Below the pieces are notes generated by a model. It was not told the origin of the DNA and did no database searches. It saw only the letters and a program-made list of their open reading frames with translations. Positions 23,668 through 32,784 of a stretch of 64,000 nt of DNA are shown here, in pieces. How positions within the stretch are numbered: the first letter of the stretch is position 1; every line of letters begins with the position of its first letter. The stretch covers positions 2,914,001 to 2,978,000 of the forward strand of contig OZ251222.1 of assembly GCA_965240325.2 (NCBI GenBank), written 5' to 3'. A program made the position numbers and the translations under genes. The stretch comes from Rebecca billardiae RCC1528 (taxonomy: Eukaryota > Protista > Haptophyta).

Positions 23668-25203
23668 TCACATCATGGGCTTCTCTTCCTTGGTGTCGTC
23701 CAGCTGTGCCCATCGCTCCGCGCAGTCGCGCGCCGTGACCTTCGGCCCGCCAGAGACGGCGCGCAGGCTCTGCGCGACGCACACCCAGTTGAAGTGGCAC
23801 GCAGCCGCCTCGCGCATGAGCACGCGGTCCCAGGCGGGCCGCCATTCCACCTCCTTGCCGTCCACGGAGTCCGCCATGGTGCCGCTCGTCGCGCTGGCCT
23901 GGGCGGCGGCCGCGGCGTCGGGCGGGGCCGACGCGCGTCTCGCGGGCTCCGAAGGGCTCGCAGCGGACGAGGACGAGGCCGCATCCGCGCTCGACGAGCC
24001 CGCGCCGCCGCGGCCGTTCACCCTCGCCGCGGCGGCCTGCATCGCGGCCGTGCTCGCCGCCGCCGCCTCGGACGCGCGCCGCTTGCTGAGCGCGTTCTCC
24101 TTCAGCCGCATCATGTACTCCGTGTTGCGCCGCACCTTGTCCTGCCGCTCGGTCTGGAAGCGCTCGCGCACCGCCTTCTCCCCCGCGTCGCCGCCCTCGG
24201 CCCACGCCTCGGCCGCGCGGCGCTCGTGCGCGCTCACCGGCTGGTCGTCCAGGTAGGAGAGCTGGCCAAAGCGCACGATCAGCCGCTTGCGGTACGAGCC
24301 CTGCGACGCGCTCACCTGCTCGACGAGCGGGTTGCGCCGGAGGTAGAGGACGCGCAGGCGCGCGGAGAGCGCGCCGATCGGCTCGAGCGCGTTCGACGGC
24401 AGCTGGTTGCTCGACAGGTCGAGCACGTCGAGCGTGCTCGCGCACTCGCGCAGCGCGTCGACCGCCGCCGCGCTCGCCAGCCGGTTGTGCGACACGTTGA
24501 GCGTCTGCAGGCTGGGCAGCAGCTCGACACCCTGCAGGTCGGTGAGCAGGTTATGCGCGAGGTCGAGGCGGACGAGCGCGCTGAGCCCGCGCATCGCGTC
24601 GCCGAGCTGCTGCACCTGGTTGTGGTGCGCGATCAGCGAGACGAGCTGCGGCAGCTCGAGCCCGCCCAGCCCGCGCAGCAGGTTGGTCTCGAGCCGCAGC
24701 ATCCGCAGCCCGCTCAGCTCGTTCAGGCACGGGTCGAGCGCCTCGAGGCCGGTGCACGAGAGATCGAGCTTCGAGTTGAGCGCGAGCGTGCGGTAGCCGC
24801 CCTGCTCGCGGATGGCGTTGAGCATGAGCTCGCGCACCGGGTTCGTCTCCACCGCCTCGGTGGCTTCGCGCTGCGGCACGTCCGAGTCCTTGCGCCGCTT
24901 CTCCTCGTAGTCGTGCCCGTACTGCAGCACCACGAGCCGCGCGAGCGCAGGGCTCGTCTCGAGCCGGGTAATGGTCGTACGGCACACCGGGCACTCCGCG
25001 CGGTGGTCCTCCGCGTACAGATCCGGCGGGCAGGCGGCGCGCAGGATGCAGTGCCGGCAGAAGGAGTGCTGGCAAGGCTTTGTGATCACCGGCTCAAGGT
25101 ACGGCTGCAGGCAGATGGGGCACTCCACGTCGTCGGTCGGCGGCACCTTCTCGCCGCTCCGCTGCTCCTCCACGTCGATTGGCTCGACGATCTGGATGCG
25201 CAT
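23668..25203 (-). CDS. RING finger + DNAAF1/ODA7-like LRR + C-terminal Myb/SANT-like protein
   Basis: C3HC4 RING CPICLQ..PCQHSFCRHCI..CPVCR. The LRR block (YRTLALNSKLDL..., YRKRLIVRFGQLSYLDDQPV..ERRAAEAWAEGG) resembles LRRC50/ODA7. W-spaced C-terminal helical module. Confidence 0.8.
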   Translation of the reverse strand: MRIQIVEPIDVEEQRSGEKVPPTDDVECPICLQPYLEPVITKPCQHSFCRHCILRAACPPDLYAEDHRAECPVCRTTITRLETSPALARLVVLQYGHDYEEKRRKDSDVPQREATEAVETNPVRELMLNAIREQGGYRTLALNSKLDLSCTGLEALDPCLNELSGLRMLRLETNLLRGLGGLELPQLVSLIAHHNQVQQLGDAMRGLSALVRLDLAHNLLTDLQGVELLPSLQTLNVSHNRLASAAAVDALRECASTLDVLDLSSNQLPSNALEPIGALSARLRVLYLRRNPLVEQVSASQGSYRKRLIVRFGQLSYLDDQPVSAHERRAAEAWAEGGDAGEKAVRERFQTERQDKVRRNTEYMMRLKENALSKRRASEAAAASTAAMQAAAARVNGRGGAGSSSADAASSSSAASPSEPARRASAPPDAAAAAQASATSGTMADSVDGKEVEWRPAWDRVLMREAAACHFNWVCVAQSLRAVSGGPKVTARDCAERWAQLDDTKEEKPMM

Positions 25204-25372
25204 GCCTCCGGTCTCGCGCGTGGGGCGCCGACGCGGAGTGGAAGCCAAGTGACCCCCTCGATCGCGCGCGCGATGTTTCCGAGCCCAAACCCCATCGGCC
25301 GGGCGGCCGGAGATCGTATTCGAGATGACGAGATCGCGACGCGCGAGACCGGATCCCATCTCCGCCTCTTCG

Positions 25373-25627
25373 ATGGCGGCGGGAGCGTCGTCGACGCCCG
25401 CGGAAGCTGATGTGAGCGGCGTGCACGACTGCACGCAGTGCAAGCTGATCGGCGGTGGGACGATGCTAGCTGTCGGTGGCTATTTCATCACGCAGGCCGC
25501 CATGCTCAGACGCAAGCCGACAGAGCTCGGGAACGCCCGCTTCCACGGCCTGCTTGGCGCACTCTTCACGTCTATGGGTGTGTACAGGCTGGCAATGCCG
25601 CTGCGTCCAGAGAATAGGGGCGTATAG
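25373..25627 (+). CDS. Small DUF4536/DMAC1-like membrane protein
   Basis: DCTQCKLIGG motif followed by two hydrophobic helices. Divergent from the RING-LRR gene across about 170 bp. Confidence 0.6.
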   Translation: MAAGASSTPAEADVSGVHDCTQCKLIGGGTMLAVGGYFITQAAMLRRKPTELGNARFHGLLGALFTSMGVYRLAMPLRPENRGV

Positions 25628-26199
25628 CCATCTGGGCGCTGAGCAGTGCATGCAGCCCTCGTGCAGCCATCGCATGAAACGTGGAAGTATCGCTTCGCCT
25701 TCTGTGCCGCTCCAGGCACGCGGCCCTTGATGCACGCGGATGTGAGGGTGCACATCATCATGACTCCGAGTGGCAGCCGATCTGTAACTCCAGAGTACAA
25801 GATGAGGCGAATAGTCCGGTACCATCGTACCGACGCCAGGCGACAACCTCGACCTCGTCGGACCGGCGGCGGACCCAACCGGCGGAACCCAAGCCGCACG
25901 AGCTGTGCCTGACTACTGCCTCGGAGGCCTGCCGCCGCACAGCGGCACACCCCGGCACAGGCAGACTAGCCACTAGGGATTATTCGTCATCCGCAGGCCG
26001 TTCTGCACTTTTGCAGCGCTCGCCGCACTTACATATATCTAGTATAGATGAATATTACTGCGCCACCAGGCGCACCCAGCTGTCAGACTAAATTCAGATA
26101 ACGGCAGTATACTACTAATTCGGATGATTATAGGCGGGCCCAATATATGTGGGGTTAATAATATTATATTGGCACATATCAATTATATATATAATGGTT

Positions 26200-29013
26200 T
26201 CAGATGGCGATTTGATGCTGAGAGAGTGTTCGCATTGTCGTCGGGCATGATGCGCGACTCCGTCCCACTCGGCACCACCGCCACGTCGGGTGGGCGACTG
26301 TGGTGTAGCACCACGCCCAGGAGGCGCCGACTGCGCGGCAGTAGTTGTGATCGCCGAGCCCGCTGTCCGGGTAGTTGGCGGGGGTAAACGAGTGCGCGTG
26401 CGGCGACTGCGCCGTCCAGCGCATGCACGCATGTCCATCGTACGTGTGGTTCACGTGCCCGCGGTAGTCGGAGAGGTCGTGACGCGTGTAGCACTCAAAG
26501 TCCGGCGGGATGGGCGGTGGTGGGCTCGGCGGTGGCAGTGGCGGTGGGTATGGCGGCGCCGGCGGCGCCGAGGGCGAGGGAGGCGATGAAGGTGGCGCGA
26601 ATGGCGGCGGTGGCTGATGCGGTGACGGCGAGGGGGGGGGCGTGGCAGGCGGCGGCGGAGGCTGTCGCGGCGGGAGCGGCGGCTCCGACGGTGGCGGCTG
26701 CGGGCGAGGGCTCGGCGGCATCGAGGGCGGCTGGAGCGGTGCGCCCGGCGGCAGCGGCGGAGGTGGGGGGCGCAGCTCGGGTAGCCCACCGTCGAACCAC
26801 AGGGCGCAGTTGGCCGCGGGGCTGAACGCCCAGTACTCGGCGGTCAGGCAGCCTGAAGCCCGGCCGCACGCGGCGGAGCAGTGCGCGTGCGACAACGGCC
26901 GGCTGAAGGCCAGCCGGTGGTACGCCGAATACGGCTCGGATGAGGGCGGCGCTGGCTCCACCCGCAGGCAGAGCGGCGTGCGCCCCGCGCCATCGGCCAC
27001 GGGCGGCGCGAGCGCGCGCGGCATGCGCTCCCACAGCTCGCACCGCGCGGCGTCGTACCGCCCGCTCGCCGGGTCGGCTGGTGGCGTGTACTCGATGGCC
27101 GCGCATGACGCGAGCGCCAGGCACGCGCGCTCACACCGCCGCAGGCCGTGCTGCGCCGAGCGCAGGCGGCCAAGGCGCACCGAGCGGAAGTACGCGCTGG
27201 ATGTGTCGTTGGCGTCCTGCCCGCGGCAACCGCCCATCGTCGCGCTGCCCACGACGCTCAGCCCAGAGGGCGCACCGCCGCGCACGAGCGGCGCAAAGAC
27301 AAAACGCGCGCGATCCCCGCCGCTGACTCGGACGGCCGCGTCGCCGAGCGTCGCCTGCGGGGACTCGCTGTCCGCGCCCGTCGTGTCGCCGACGAGGTGT
27401 GCGACGAAGAGCACGCAGTCCTGCATCACGAGCTCGTTGTCCAGCGCGCTCCGAGTCGCCGCGCCGGGTGCGGACGTCTCGTTGAGCGAGTAGGACAGGG
27501 CGACGCCGACCAGGCACGCCGAGCCAGCGGCCGCGTCGCGGACGTACGCGCGCGCGCCTTCGGGCAGCAGCGTCGAGAGCGGCAGCGCCAGCTGGACGCG
27601 CTGGAGCAACCGCTGCAGCAGGCAGCGCGAGCCCGCAACCGGTGACTCCGCCTCGCCCTGCAGCTGCGCGAGCGCGCGCTTGGCCGCTGCTTCCGCCGCT
27701 GGGCCGGTGTGCTTGCTGCCCAGCGTGCGCGCCGCTCGCAGCGCCTCTCCATCGGTCGAGCCTCGGACAACGAGCGCGCCGCCGCGGCTCACCAGCTCCG
27801 CGAAATGCAGAGGCGCGAGCATGTCCTCCCCCGCGCCTGTCGGCCGCTCCTCGTCCGGCGGGGGCGCGCCGCTGTCGCCGAGGGCTCCCAAACCGTATGC
27901 CACGACTGCGGAGAGCTCGACCATGCTGGCGGCGCCGCCGCCGACGGTGAAGGGCAGCGACGAGGCCGTGCCCGCGCACGCGCTCGTTGGCGTGCTGGCG
28001 TTCGCGAGCGCGTAGCCCAGAGACTGCGACCGCACCGGCCCCAGCTCGCCACCCACTGCCCCGCCGCTCGGCTCGTCGGCATCCTCCGCGGCCGCCTGTG
28101 CGCACACGCGCACGCTGAGCGGAGGCACGCGCGCGATCACCGGCCCGCTCAGGCTGAGCCCAACGCCGGCGTCGGCACGCGTCCGCCGCGCTGAGAGCTC
28201 GGGCACGCGCAGGCCCTCCCACCTCGCCGTGCTGACCCGCAGCGGATCGGCGTGGAACTCGAGGCCCCCGCCCCTCGCCGCGCACCCGCCGAGCGAGCGC
28301 GCGCGGTAGATCATCGAGTGCATGCGCGCGCGCGCATCCGCGTTGAGGTGGAGCGCTGACTCCACGCGCCTGTTCACCCGCGCGTGCGCGGGCCAGATTG
28401 GCACGCTGGCGTCCACGCGCATCGAGATGGCGAGCTGGAGCCCCTCGAGCAGCTGCAGCACCTGCGTCGAGCAGTTTGGGGGCGCGGAGAGATCGGAGGC
28501 GGCCGCAGCCATGCAGATGGCGCGGTCCGCGATCAGCTGCGCCAGGTGGGCGAGCGCGTCTTCGTCGGCGACGGCCGCTTGGATACTCAGGTCGTGCACG
28601 GTAGTACCATGCGCGATCGTGTGCGACCCCTCGACGGAGACCTCGACCAGCGCGGTCGCGTTGCCTCCCAGTGTGGCTCCCAGCACAAGCTCGTCGAATG
28701 TGACGCTCGCGTGGCTCGAGCTCGACACGCGAACTCGCGCTGAGAGCTGCACGGGATTTGTGCACAGATCGTCTATGCGGACGAGGTCGAGCTCCAGCGC
28801 GGCGCACGACAGCGAGAGTGCATCCCGCGCCGCGCCGACCGCGATCGACACACCCAACACGAGCAGCACGATGGTCACCACGCAGCAGGTCAGGGCCACC
28901 CTTGCGGCACCAGCACGTCCGCTGGGCTTGGGCGGTAGGAGAGCTACCGTGTCACGCTCGCCCGCCTCCACCGCACCGTCGTCAGCGGGAGCCGCCACTG
29001 CCGGCGCCCACAT
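26200..29013 (-). CDS. Type II membrane protein: TM + LEA2-like region + PAN/apple-like Cys modules + Pro-rich linker + kringle
   Basis: N-terminal TM VALTCCVVTIVLLVLGVSIAVG. Cys modules CERACLALASCAAIEY..CELW and CSAACGRASGC..EY..CALW. Kringle CY..DYRG..T.DGHACMRW..PH.H..NYCR..WCYT. Confidence 0.8.
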   Translation of the reverse strand: MWAPAVAAPADDGAVEAGERDTVALLPPKPSGRAGAARVALTCCVVTIVLLVLGVSIAVGAARDALSLSCAALELDLVRIDDLCTNPVQLSARVRVSSSSHASVTFDELVLGATLGGNATALVEVSVEGSHTIAHGTTVHDLSIQAAVADEDALAHLAQLIADRAICMAAAASDLSAPPNCSTQVLQLLEGLQLAISMRVDASVPIWPAHARVNRRVESALHLNADARARMHSMIYRARSLGGCAARGGGLEFHADPLRVSTARWEGLRVPELSARRTRADAGVGLSLSGPVIARVPPLSVRVCAQAAAEDADEPSGGAVGGELGPVRSQSLGYALANASTPTSACAGTASSLPFTVGGGAASMVELSAVVAYGLGALGDSGAPPPDEERPTGAGEDMLAPLHFAELVSRGGALVVRGSTDGEALRAARTLGSKHTGPAAEAAAKRALAQLQGEAESPVAGSRCLLQRLLQRVQLALPLSTLLPEGARAYVRDAAAGSACLVGVALSYSLNETSAPGAATRSALDNELVMQDCVLFVAHLVGDTTGADSESPQATLGDAAVRVSGGDRARFVFAPLVRGGAPSGLSVVGSATMGGCRGQDANDTSSAYFRSVRLGRLRSAQHGLRRCERACLALASCAAIEYTPPADPASGRYDAARCELWERMPRALAPPVADGAGRTPLCLRVEPAPPSSEPYSAYHRLAFSRPLSHAHCSAACGRASGCLTAEYWAFSPAANCALWFDGGLPELRPPPPPLPPGAPLQPPSMPPSPRPQPPPSEPPLPPRQPPPPPATPPPSPSPHQPPPPFAPPSSPPSPSAPPAPPYPPPLPPPSPPPPIPPDFECYTRHDLSDYRGHVNHTYDGHACMRWTAQSPHAHSFTPANYPDSGLGDHNYCRAVGASWAWCYTTVAHPTWRWCRVGRSRASCPTTMRTLSQHQIAI

Positions 29014-29153
29014 GGCCGCGCAGGAAGAGCGGCGGATTTGGGCGCGCGAGGTCCAGCCCGGTTTCAAGGATGCAGGCTCATGCAGCTGCCGCCTTCCGGC
29101 TTTGCAATATCAGTCCGGGGGGCCGTGGCCTGTGGGCGCTGAGCCGGACAGCG

Positions 29154-29651
29154 ATGGCGGCGGCTGGGCCGCGTCGCGTGCACATCGCGGTGCAAGGCGC
29201 GTCCGAATGCGTGCCCGTCACGCTGCATGGTGACGAGCTCGAGGACGCCGCGCTCGAAGAAGTCCTCTCCATCCTTTACGAGCATCTGCCCAGGCATCTC
29301 GATTCATCGAAGCCGAGCCAGCCCGAGATCGTCGCAGGCCGCACCGTGCAGATGTGCTTCAAGGTCGTGAAGAACGATGCGGACTATCGCGTGCTTGTGC
29401 CACAGGAGGAGCGCTCGGGTGCGTACAATGCCCTTAGGCCGCTCAAAATGCGAGCCGTCTGCCGTGTGGAACGACTGGACTCGGATCAGCCGGAGATGCG
29501 CAGCACGTTTACCGGCGCGGTGCAGCACCACGCTCATGGGCCACTGCCGGGCAGAACACAACAGCTGGTGCTGGCACCACGCGGAACTCTCGCGCCGCCC
29601 GGCGCGCCCGCAGCCGCAGATGCTGCCCCGAGCACTACAGACCAACTATGA
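29154..29651 (+). CDS. Hypothetical protein (~165 aa)
   Basis: Globular-looking sequence with coding-like codon usage; no family recognised. Confidence 0.5.
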   Translation: MAAAGPRRVHIAVQGASECVPVTLHGDELEDAALEEVLSILYEHLPRHLDSSKPSQPEIVAGRTVQMCFKVVKNDADYRVLVPQEERSGAYNALRPLKMRAVCRVERLDSDQPEMRSTFTGAVQHHAHGPLPGRTQQLVLAPRGTLAPPGAPAAADAAPSTTDQL

Positions 29652-30164
29652 CTGCGCTCAGGCCCTGCATCTGTGATGACTGTGCTACCGATGATGCGCA
29701 CGCGCGGCGGCCGATACGGGCTGATCTGTCAGCGGACGCGGTCACGGAGTGACGGACACCGCGGCAGACGGGTCTACAAGCGCAGCGCCGAACGTTATTA
29801 GATTGAACGGACGTTCCAGCAGTCGCGTGACCATTCCACGCGACCTAGTTGCGTCAATGATCTCGCCTGCCTCTAGTGCCTGAGCTGTCACTACGGTACT
29901 ACGGTATCGTTAGTTGAACAGCGCCTCTCTACTCTCTAGTCTCTTCACATCGTATCGCGGAAGCCTCTTCGTTCAACTACTGTACTATGTAACTACTGCG
30001 CTATGATACAGTTTCAGAAGAGCAGCTGGCTCAGACGCTCAGGACTTCAGTCTTCAGGAGCCAATTCAGATGGCAACGCTAACAGACTATGATGCGCAGT
30101 CCTACCGAAACGGCTAATACTGAAAGTCTGATGATAAACGGCTGCGAGTGCCTGTGCGGGACGG

Positions 30165-31043
30165 TCAGACCTCACGTGGCAGAGGCTGGCGGGTGTTCGG
30201 GTCGTACCCGAGACTCTCGACCATCTTTCCCATGCGCTCGAGCATCTCAAAGCGCAGCGACGGCGTATACAGGCGCTGGCCCTCCGGCACGGGCACCGGC
30301 TTGCCAACCGCGTAGAGGATGCCGAGCAGAGCGCCGAGTCCGTTCGAGTTGCCCACGCGCTTGTCAATCGTGTAGCCGACGGTGAGGGTGTAGGCGCGGC
30401 CATCCTCGTTGAAGAGCATGCTCGATGCCTGTGGCGCCGCCTCGATACGCTTGCCCGTCGGCGCGATCGTTGTCCCACCAAACCGCAGCGGCCCCGTGTG
30501 CGTGCCAGTCGGCCGCGAGAAGAACCACACGCGGTTGGGCTCGAGGGGGTCGACGCGGAACCAGGCGTTATCCCGAATGTCCGGCACGGCATCTTTCAGC
30601 TTGAACGAGCCGAACGCGCGCACAAACTCCGCTCGCGACAGCGGGCCGATGATGGGTGCGACAAACTGGAAGTCGTCTGCGAGGTAGGCGGACGCGTCAT
30701 CCGAGGCACGCGTGCCGAACTCCGCGGCGAGGATCTCCTTGGCGCGCGCGACCAGGGTGTCGGGCTTGATGGGAAAGGTGCTCTTCGCGAGAGTCGCCGC
30801 CTCGTCCAGCTCGCCGTAGCCCTCAGACGCGAGCGGGCCTGACGTGGCCAGGACGGGCTCCGTGGTGCAGCGCGGGGCGTGCCACGGGACCTTCTTGCGC
30901 GCGGTGTTCTTGCCCGACCCGCACACGAAGTCAATCAAGTCGATGAGCTTGTACGCGATGTAGCTGGTAATGCTCACTGACACATCCGCGCCGAAGAGGA
31001 TGAGCGCTGTCGCCAGGTTGCCTGCCGCGGCGAGGATCGGCAT
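30165..31043 (-). CDS. SnoaL/NTF2-like fold algal conserved protein
   Basis: LADDFQFVAPIIGPLSRAEF..FRVDPLEPNRVWF..GTHTG motifs; hydrophobic N-terminus. Confidence 0.7.
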   Translation of the reverse strand: MPILAAAGNLATALILFGADVSVSITSYIAYKLIDLIDFVCGSGKNTARKKVPWHAPRCTTEPVLATSGPLASEGYGELDEAATLAKSTFPIKPDTLVARAKEILAAEFGTRASDDASAYLADDFQFVAPIIGPLSRAEFVRAFGSFKLKDAVPDIRDNAWFRVDPLEPNRVWFFSRPTGTHTGPLRFGGTTIAPTGKRIEAAPQASSMLFNEDGRAYTLTVGYTIDKRVGNSNGLGALLGILYAVGKPVPVPEGQRLYTPSLRFEMLERMGKMVESLGYDPNTRQPLPREV

Positions 31044-31196
31044 GGTGCGGGAGGAGGCTGGGGCTCCGACACGCACGGACCGATATGGAAGCTTCGCGAT
31101 TCGTTCACGCGCAAACGGCGACTGGATCTCGGATCCCCGGTCCGGAACGAGCGACCGCCGCCGGCCGACGACGTGTTCGTCGGTCCCTTTCTCCGC

Positions 31197-32596
31197 GATC
31201 TGCTGATGATGAACATCTCGAAGGACAAGAACGCGTTGGACGCGCTGATGACGGCGTTGCTGACGCACTACGAGATGCAGGGCGCGGACTGCCTGAGCAA
31301 GTTCCTTGGCGCCGAATTTAAGACCACGGTGGACGGACTTTTTACCCACCTGAACCAGTACATCGGTGATGTGTGCGAGCGCTTCCACCTGAGTGGAGAG
31401 CGCCACCCACCGACCCCGAGTGCAGCGAGACGCGCGAGATCCCCCGCCCGCTGCAAGCCCTCCTGCTGCGCGCTGACCGCCAGCACTACCAGGAGATGAC
31501 CGGTGCCCTCATGTACTGCATGACGACGTGTCGCCCCGACATCGCACACGCCGTGAACATGCTGGCACGCCGGATGTCCAATCCCCGGCTCTACGACTTG
31601 ACCGCCGCGAAGCGCACGCTCCGATACTTGCTCGGCACGCGTCGGCGCGGCATCCTGTTCCGGCACGCGACGCACGCACAACACCCTGATTTGGTGGCGT
31701 ACGCGGACTCGGACTGGGCGAACGATCGTGAAGATCGACGTTCTACGACGGGATACCTTGTTATGTACAACGGGGTCCCGATCTCGTGGCACAGCGGACT
31801 GCAGAGCGTGGTCGCGTTGTCTACGTGCGAGGCGGAGTACATCGCGCTGAGCGAGTGCTGCCGCGAGGTGATCTACCTGCGCGACCTGGTCACGTTTTTG
31901 AACGAGCCGGTCGTGGAGCCCACGACGGTGATCTACGAGGATAATCAGGGCACGATCGATTTGACGAACAACCCGGTGCACCACAAGCGCACCAAGCACA
32001 TTGACTTGAAGTACCATTTCACGCGGCGCGCGCAAGCCGACGGCGCCGTGCTGATCCAGAAGGTGCCGACCGACGACAACCGGTCCGACATCATGACCAA
32101 GGCTACCGCGACGAGTACTTTTCTCAAGCACGTCGTGGCGATACTGCATGCTGTTCCACCACCTCCGCCGCCTTCGGCATGATGTCGAGGGGGGGTGTTG
32201 TATTAATCCCGAATTTCCTCCGTGCACGATTTCTTTTCCTCTCCAGCAGGCGCTTGGATCCAACCGCCAGGAGAGGTCGAGTCCCAGGTACTATCGCTGT
32301 CGTACCTGCCCTCCCTGAACCGGCACGAGCGCGCTCGGCCCCTAATCCTATTGCTTTCGCCGCTGTCCGCAGGCGAACGCAAGCCGCCGGGTACGTATGT
32401 CCGTTTTCCCCCGGCGCTATTGGTCTTTAACGACCTATCAGTTTACTGGACCTGGTGCCGTTTCCTTCTGCACCTGTGTGGGACGACTCCCGCACCGCCC
32501 GCTCGTCCGCACGGACGACGCTGCTGACGACGTCCGCAGGGACACTGTGATAAGCCCCTGCGTGACCGGGGAACTGGTAAGGCGGAATAAACATCA
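31197..32596 (+). mobile_element. 5'-truncated Ty1/Copia LTR retrotransposon (RT C-terminus, RNase H, PPT, 3' LTR)
   Basis: RT residues DLLMM..FLG.EF..QYI, then a frameshift near 31415, then YQEMTGALMY..RPDIAHAV. RNase H motifs YADSDWA..RRSTTGY, VALSTCEAEY, EDNQG, HKRTKHID. Polypurine tract GAGGGGGGG directly before the LTR. Confidence 0.92.
32196..32596 (+). repeat. Copia 3' LTR (~401 bp)
   Basis: Starts TGTTG immediately after the PPT and ends AATAAACATCA before a TA tract. Confidence 0.75.
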
Positions 32597-32633
32597 TATA
32601 CATATATATACATATATGTATATATATATATAC

Positions 32634-32688
<55 letters not shown>
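32597..32688. repeat. (TA)n/(CATA)n microsatellite
   Basis: Direct observation. Confidence 0.95.
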
Positions 32689-32689
<1 letters not shown>

Positions 32690-32784
32690 GGATACGCTGT
32701 GTATAAGACAATGGCGAATGGGTGTGCTGTCGTCACAGTGCGCATGCTGACAATGCTGCTGAGGACCCATCGGTAGTCAGCTCA

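Noticed and set aside
31044-31406. N-terminal 120 aa of ORF 30165..31406
   Set aside because: Antisense read-through of the Copia RT fragment and promoter region.
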